Positions 55,307-64,000 of a stretch of DNA of 64,000 nt are shown piece after piece. Position 1 is the first letter of the stretch. Each line of letters starts with the position of its first letter. The DNA comes from Oopsacas minuta. Lineage: Eukaryota; Animalia; Porifera. The stretch lies in the NCBI GenBank assembly GCA_024704765.1, contig JAKMXF010000302.1, positions 186,001 through 250,000 on the forward strand, written 5' to 3'. The notes below the pieces were generated by a model, which was not told the origin of the DNA, searched no databases, and worked only from the letters and a program-made list of their open reading frames with translations. Both the position numbers and the translations under genes were made by a program.

Positions 55307-56125
55307 TTAAGAATCTTCAACAGCTTTTAAAGGCTCATAAGTACCTTTCCTTCTCTTCTGAGACACTGTAGTAATCTTTCTAACTAGGGATCCTCCAATT
55401 CCTGTACTCTGCTCTGGCTCTTCATCAGAATCGCTAGTAGCGTCATAGCTGAATTTCTCCTCTTTACGAGCTTTTTGATGTTTCTTATAGAAATATACAC
55501 CAATACAGCATAACACCCAGCTAGGGCAAGCAATGATAGCCAGTAACGATGCTACACCCAGAATAATCCAAATAATGTATTTATTCCTCTTGTAGTGATT
55601 AGATACATGCTCAAATATAGGAATACCATCTATTGTTAAACCAGTGTTTTCTCCAGTAATATCTCCATATACGTTAGGCTGAGAACTGTCCTGATTATTG
55701 TCTTGATTGTTATTATCCATTTCATATGAGCTTTGATCATCTGGGGGTGAAAGATCAACGTCAGTGTTTGGTGGACCCATCATGTCGTTATTCATAGGTT
55801 CAAAGTTGTTATTGTTGGTATCAGAGTTCATGTTCTCCATAGATTGAATTTCAGATTCAATCATAGAGAGTTCAGCCTTAACTTCTTGCATTTCGCGTTC
55901 AATACTGCTCAGGTCTATGTCTCTTTTGTTTCGATAAGAATTATACTCATTGCCTTGCGCTAGAACAAACGAAACAATGTGTAGATGGTTAGTATGTAAT
56001 ATACATGCATTAATACGTACCATTTGATATTACTGTCAAGAGGAGAGCGATCACAAACTAGAAAATACAATAGTATATTAGTCAGGTTAGTAATAAACAA
56101 ATAATGATTAACTTACCAGCTTCAT
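55307..56125 (-). CDS. Orphan type I single-pass membrane protein with signal peptide and furin site, 3 exons
   Basis: Exons 56125-56117, 56057-56021 and 55959-55307 (699 nt, 232 aa, GT-AG) give MKLFVIALLLTVISNA-QGNEYNSYRNKR-DIDL..., then coiled coil, N/D-rich stalk, TM and cytosolic tail. Confidence 0.72.
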
Positions 56126-56376
56126 TATCAACCAGACTTATAAAATAATACAATAATTCCTAAGCCATTTTCTTATAATAAATACGTTTCATTCTGCAGG
56201 AGTATGCATGTGATACCACTGATTAGTAGAAGAGTATGTAAGCCGATCTTATGGAGCAATAGGTAATATCTAATGTGATTTGTATTCACGGAAAATTATA
56301 CGCTAATTAGGTAGGTTTATAAGCAGAAATAGAAATTATATGAAGCTTTATTTAATACGTAATAAAAGGTAATAAA

Positions 56377-56811
56377 CTAGCTTTCTTCACTTGGGTAATA
56401 CTTCTCCCAACCAGGCCATCTCTTATCGTAAATTATTTCGATCTGTCTTGCCCTGTTTGCTTCTTTCCTAAGACTCCGTGCATATGTAGGATTTGATGGA
56501 TCTTCTGGTGTCGGGTCTAGGAGTGTCCAGAGCCAATCTGGATACTCTGAGGGTTCCTTAAGCTTGACTTCTTCTCCCTCAGCCAAGAAATTGAGTCCGT
56601 AACATACTTTGTTTAGGTCTACCTCAGGAAAGGGGTCTAATTTATATGATTCCATTGTGAGTTCCTCTGGAGGGGGGGCAGCATCCTTGGTAGCCTTTTT
56701 ACTAGCAAATACGAGTATACTTGGAGTCAGTATGTTTCGTAATTTCGTGAGGAAGAGAGGGGAACTTATTCGAGGGAGTGAACGACAAGATGAAGTGAAG
56801 AGAGAAATCAT
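56377..56811 (-). CDS. MRPL54: Mitochondrial ribosomal protein L54 (mL54)
   Basis: Mitochondrial presequence; VCYGLNFLAEGEEVKLKEPSEYPDWLWTL. Confidence 0.9.
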   Translation of the reverse strand: MISLFTSSCRSLPRISSPLFLTKLRNILTPSILVFASKKATKDAAPPPEELTMESYKLDPFPEVDLNKVCYGLNFLAEGEEVKLKEPSEYPDWLWTLLDPTPEDPSNPTYARSLRKEANRARQIEIIYDKRWPGWEKYYPSEES

Positions 56812-56946
56812 GCTTGAAGAACTAGAATTGACATTTATAATAAAATAAATCTAAGCAACAGTTTACTGTTGTTGAGTATTTAACTCAGGAATCAATTCAC
56901 TAGTTAGTTAGCACATGCAGTAGCTCTAATAATACAAGTAAAATCG

Positions 56947-59487
<2,541 letters not shown>

Positions 59488-59496
59488 TCATTAGTG

Positions 59497-59544
59497 TATC
59501 GGTTATCAACCTTTTCACCCATGAACCCGGGTTGGGAACCGCTG
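59497..59544. mobile_element. Possible collapsed hAT/Charlie-type MITE relic (48 bp)
   Basis: The right end reads CAGCGGTTCCCAACC on the minus strand (a hAT-Charlie-like TIR). The left end TATCGGTTATCAACC matches 11/15. Flanking 8-mers CATTAGTG and TATATGTG match only 5/8. Confidence 0.3.
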
Positions 59545-59806
59545 TATATGTGTAACCTCCACAGACGGGGTAGCAGGGAGGCCTGAACATGCTACCCATT
59601 TGTTGAAGTGAATTTGTATGGGACTAGGAATTTCTTGTCCAGAAGCCCCCCATTTATGGAGGTTTACTGTATTCCACAGGTCCTAGGTCTTAACAAACTA
59701 CTGATAACCCATGTTATAATTGGGATATTCAGATGTCATGTGTTTAATTATTGAGCTAACAAAACAACAAATACAAATTCAGAGAATAAGCCTTTATGAA
59801 AGAGAT

Positions 59807-59822
59807 GGCTTTGAAAAAAGCC
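59807..59822 (-). promoter_or_regulatory. Histone mRNA 3' stem-loop
   Basis: GGCTTT-TTTC-AAAGCC (6 bp stem, 4 nt loop) about 21 nt after the H2A stop codon; fits the GGYYYT-TTYH-ARRRCC consensus. Confidence 0.9.
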
Positions 59823-59843
59823 GGGTTGAGTCGTCACGAGCGT

Positions 59844-60242
59844 TTAGTACTCGATGCTCTGGCTAGATGGCTTCTTAGAGCTCGACTTCTTGGGTAAGAG
59901 TACAGCTTGGATGTTAGGCATAACTCCTCCCTGAGCAATTGTCACACCTGCGAGCAGTTTGTTCAGCTCCTCGTCGTTACGGATGGCTAGTTGGAGATGT
60001 CTCGGGTTGATCCTGGTCTTCTTGTTGTCACGGGCAGCGTTTCCTGCCAATTCTAAGATCTCAGCCCCTAAGTATTCGAGGACAGCTGCCATGTAAACAG
60101 GGGCACCGCCACCCACTCGTACTGCATACCGTCCTTTCCTCAACAGGCGATGGACTCTGCCAACTGGGAATTGTAGGCCAGCTCGGGCGGAGCGACTCTT
60201 GCTCTTTGACTTTGTTTTACCACTTTTTCCACGTCCAGACAT
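59844..60242 (-). CDS. Histone H2A, H2A.X-like C-terminal tail
   Basis: Canonical H2A fold ([13 protein letters not shown]...[20 protein letters not shown]); tail [13 protein letters not shown]; intronless. Confidence 0.98.
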   Translation of the reverse strand: MSGRGKSGKTKSKSKSRSARAGLQFPVGRVHRLLRKGRYAVRVGGGAPVYMAAVLEYLGAEILELAGNAARDNKKTRINPRHLQLAIRNDEELNKLLAGVTIAQGGVMPNIQAVLLPKKSSSKKPSSQSIEY

Positions 60243-60308
60243 GATATAAATTGATTGATAATATAGGTGTTGAAGGAAGTTATCTAACTAAAAAGCGAGC
60301 AGCAATTG

Positions 60309-60354
60309 TTATATAGGAGAGCTAGTACTCAAACTGGATTTTGAACTGACCAAT
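60309..60354 (-). promoter_or_regulatory. Putative H2A promoter: TATA box and CCAAT box
   Basis: TATATAA on the minus strand at 60315-60309, about 67 bp upstream of the ATG; CCAAT at 60350-60354. This arrangement is typical of histone promoters. Confidence 0.5.
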
Positions 60355-62182
60355 CAAAATTGAGGAAAGGTTACGAGGCGACATGGCAAAGTGCATTTTC
60401 TGCAATTTAGATTTTCGATTTTAGAATATTATAAGGCTTTTATCCATTGTCTAGGTTTCTTCTGAAAAAAGAAGCAAATCTAACAAAATATGGTTGATAT
60501 CCATCGTATGATCAGTTTACTTTGATTATATAATGTCGCAAAAACAACTTGCCTACTACAGTTATGGAATAGTTCCAAGAAGGGAATATACATATTACTG
60601 ATGTCCTCTACATCGTGATATGTTGCAAAACGTGATAATAAGCACGTGTTCGCCGTTATCATAAAAATCCCTAGGAACTATATACAAATTTATTTCTTTG
60701 ATGTAAAGTAATACATTCGAGAGGTACCTCGGCGTACTAGTAACGCTAAGCGCTTTCACTCCGTTCGATTCAAGTTCGCATAATTAATATATTAAACGCG
60801 ATATCTCTATGCTAATTTGAAAGAGAACATATGTAAGCATTTAGCTGAGCACTTGTAGGAGGTAAGAATCTTTTTTGAACAATAAAAATTCATTCTTGTT
60901 AGTATTTGATCAAATCCACCAGCAAAAGCTTACAGCAATGCATGTTGGTTATGATTAGCATCAAAGGCCCAATAAATTGTTTGGTGCACTAATTAGTGAA
61001 GCAATACATTTATTCTGAGCGAAATTTGCAGATAACAAGTTGTATCTTTCAAGTAAATTCTACAGATCACTCTAGATTTAGACTACGTATATCGATGGAA
61101 GTCAATCTGTACAAATCCCTAACAAACATGAGTAAGATATTAAATAACAAACTATATCATCAGAACTGCTCTCTGTTCTCATGAATATCTATATTTGCAA
61201 GTTGTTAAATTACCTCTAAACCTCATTCTATAAAGAGGAATATAATTATCTAATACATGCTGCTGAGAAGTAGTACAGCAGCTCTGTTCTAGGCACGATC
61301 ATAAATAGGAGAAACCATATACTCATATAATCCCGCCTTAGCGCTTTTTAAGCTACACCCGGTATCCCTAAAATTTGTACTCGTGTCAATTATATATAGA
61401 TTTCTCATATGATTTGACTATCCATGTGATCAGTAATATATCAGTAGGATTTGTTGGGGTAACGTAATTCTAATTGTCCACAAGTAATAGTTCTCAAATT
61501 AAAAGGTCAACACTCCCAGTTGTTATCTAATATTTAAATTAATGACCATAGATAGATTTATACACTAAGGATTTGATATCAGCAGATTTGGAGAGGAAAT
61601 CTGACAATTACACATTCTGTTTACTGTGATTGCATAGGAAATTTAGATAGTAACGACGTAAACAGCAAGTAATGTAAATATATTCTCACAAGTATTATTA
61701 TTAGAATTTAGAAGCACGTCAAAAATGTGAAACCTTTGGAATTTGTTTGCGAGGACAATAAATAACATTTTCGTTACCCTGCAATAATTCCTGAATCTAA
61801 ACTAAACAGGAACAACAATCTTAGGAATGTTGGAATGAAGGGACAAAACAATTTCTACAACTGGTTCATATCGAAATGATGATCAACATTCCTTATCGCA
61901 TTTCATACAACACTCTTGAAATTACGCGAAATTCGCATTTGAATAACTATTTTAGAAATTATAGTCCCCAGGTAACAAACAAGAGGTTTACATTTTCAGC
62001 TATAGTTTTAATGGAAACACTGAGAATTTGAAATAAAGACAGTACATACATAAGTAATACTTATTATAAACTGATAAGAGACCAACTCACAACACAAATA
62101 AGTTCTAAGCAATGATTATAAACGACACAATAACATTGAATTAGATAAGCATAAAAATCCTGTGTTCTCAGTACCGTCAGCC

Positions 62183-62864
<682 letters not shown>

Positions 62865-64000
62865 TTATTTATCGAATTATAAAGCTTTGGAATTGAAATT
62901 GAATCAGAAATGTAAAGGATTTTCAGAGTTTATAACATACATTTCAAAAGAGACATCCTTTTATACCTACTCCTTAGTATTAGAGCCTATCTATATTGTA
63001 TTGCTTAGAGCAACAGCCCTAAAAGGTACTCAGGGTAATTGTCCATTTGGAAGCGAATTAATTTGAAATCGCAATAAGCCATCATTATGGAAAGAAGCCA
63101 CGTGGAATGAAATAATCCAATGACTACATATGTAGCTACATTCTAAATAACGCAAATAATTTTTTGATAAATCATTACAATTAGAATCATCAGATTATTC
63201 CTGAGAAATACGTTTGCTGTTTCAGGCATTTTAATAAAGGAATTGTTTTACACTTGAATTGTTAATTATTTGCAAATAATTGTATAACTCAAATGTAACC
63301 CAAGAAATAAACGAGAAAGCAACGTAGATTCTCAAATACCCTCAAGTTTGTATTTACAAAAGAAAATGATAGTGTCACTGAGAACTCCGAACTCTGGGAT
63401 TTTCCCAAAATAAATATCATTTTACGAATCTCAATCAACGAACAATACATTTCAACGAAACTAACAGACAAGTAAATTTCACGACCACTTATTGGTAAAT
63501 GGTCCAATGCAATATACAAACTCGATCAATGAAACCTGTGATTACACCAGTCTTAATTTAGATATAAACTTGTGTAGACCTATTTTTAGAGTTCATTAGC
63601 ACGAAACATTTCTAATTATAATAGAATCTAATAATAATAATAATTAATAAATTGTGAATCCAGAGAACTCTTCAATTATTTCTTGATAATTTGTTGCGTT
63701 AATTAATAACATTATTTGTGTTGAAAATTGCGTAACTATTAATATCCCCGCAACTCAATGAAACAGGCCACTAGCAATAAAAGGATGATAAGCCCCCTGT
63801 TAAAAATTCATTACTAAACACGATTTAATTATTTCAGACATAATATAATGAAAGCTTAAGAGAGATGTCTCTCTTCAACGGTTAATAATGAAAGAAAATA
63901 TCAAAGTTTCCTTGATCATCTGATTCAATGCTAATATCAAAATCATCTTCCTCATTCATAAGCTCGATTAATCTTTTTTCTAAATTGACAATTAAGCCTT

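Noticed and set aside
59611-59640. U7 snRNA-like Sm site (AATTTGT) followed by a hairpin, next to a histone gene
   Set aside because: The Sm site lacks the CTAG continuation, the hairpin is weak, and the upstream sequence is not complementary to the region downstream of the H2A stem-loop.
60721-60785. tRNA-like B-box GTTCGATTC (60763-60771)
   Set aside because: The flanks do not form a T-stem or acceptor stem, so no cloverleaf can be built.
63289-63519. 76 aa minus-strand ORF and other small ORFs in 60480-64000
   Set aside because: Short, non-ATG or composition-driven ORFs without motifs; likely RHOA upstream or intergenic DNA.

Overview
Eukaryotic (animal) genomic DNA, AT-rich and extremely gene-dense: about 35 protein-coding genes in 64 kb, most intronless, the rest with mostly ~50-60 bp GT-AG introns. 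The compaction and NHL/TRIM content resemble a glass-sponge-type (Oopsacas-like) genome; this taxonomic call is inference. Recognisable genes: NUP88 (cut by the window edge), NAA38, TLNRD1, AMDHD1, WDR46, HADHA, a glutathionyl-hydroquinone reductase, MTMR2-like, EXOC4, CYP4, RRN3, a divergent Ras, UBE2U-like, DPM3, SLC25A46, MEIOB, NSF, NOP9, YAE1-like, ALG13, two PHPT1 copies, RRP12, GON4L, TRIM-NHL, MRPL54, TGS1, histone H2A with stem-loop, and RHOA. Main observations: (1) two nested-gene arrangements (HADHA plus the GST-fold reductase inside a 3.8 kb WDR46 intron; a TRIM-NHL gene inside a 2 kb GON4L intron, all antisense to the host); (2) a UBE2U-like E2 with catalytic Cys replaced by Asn; (3) an H2A.X-like histone ending SQSIEY instead of SQEY; (4) a divergently transcribed pair of related orphan 7TM proteins; (5) an orphan type I membrane proprotein with a furin site, visible only after manual splicing; (6) RRP12 and GON4L start codons only 40 bp apart. 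No CRISPR, rRNA or convincing tRNA was found. Homology calls come from remembered family motifs, not database searches.
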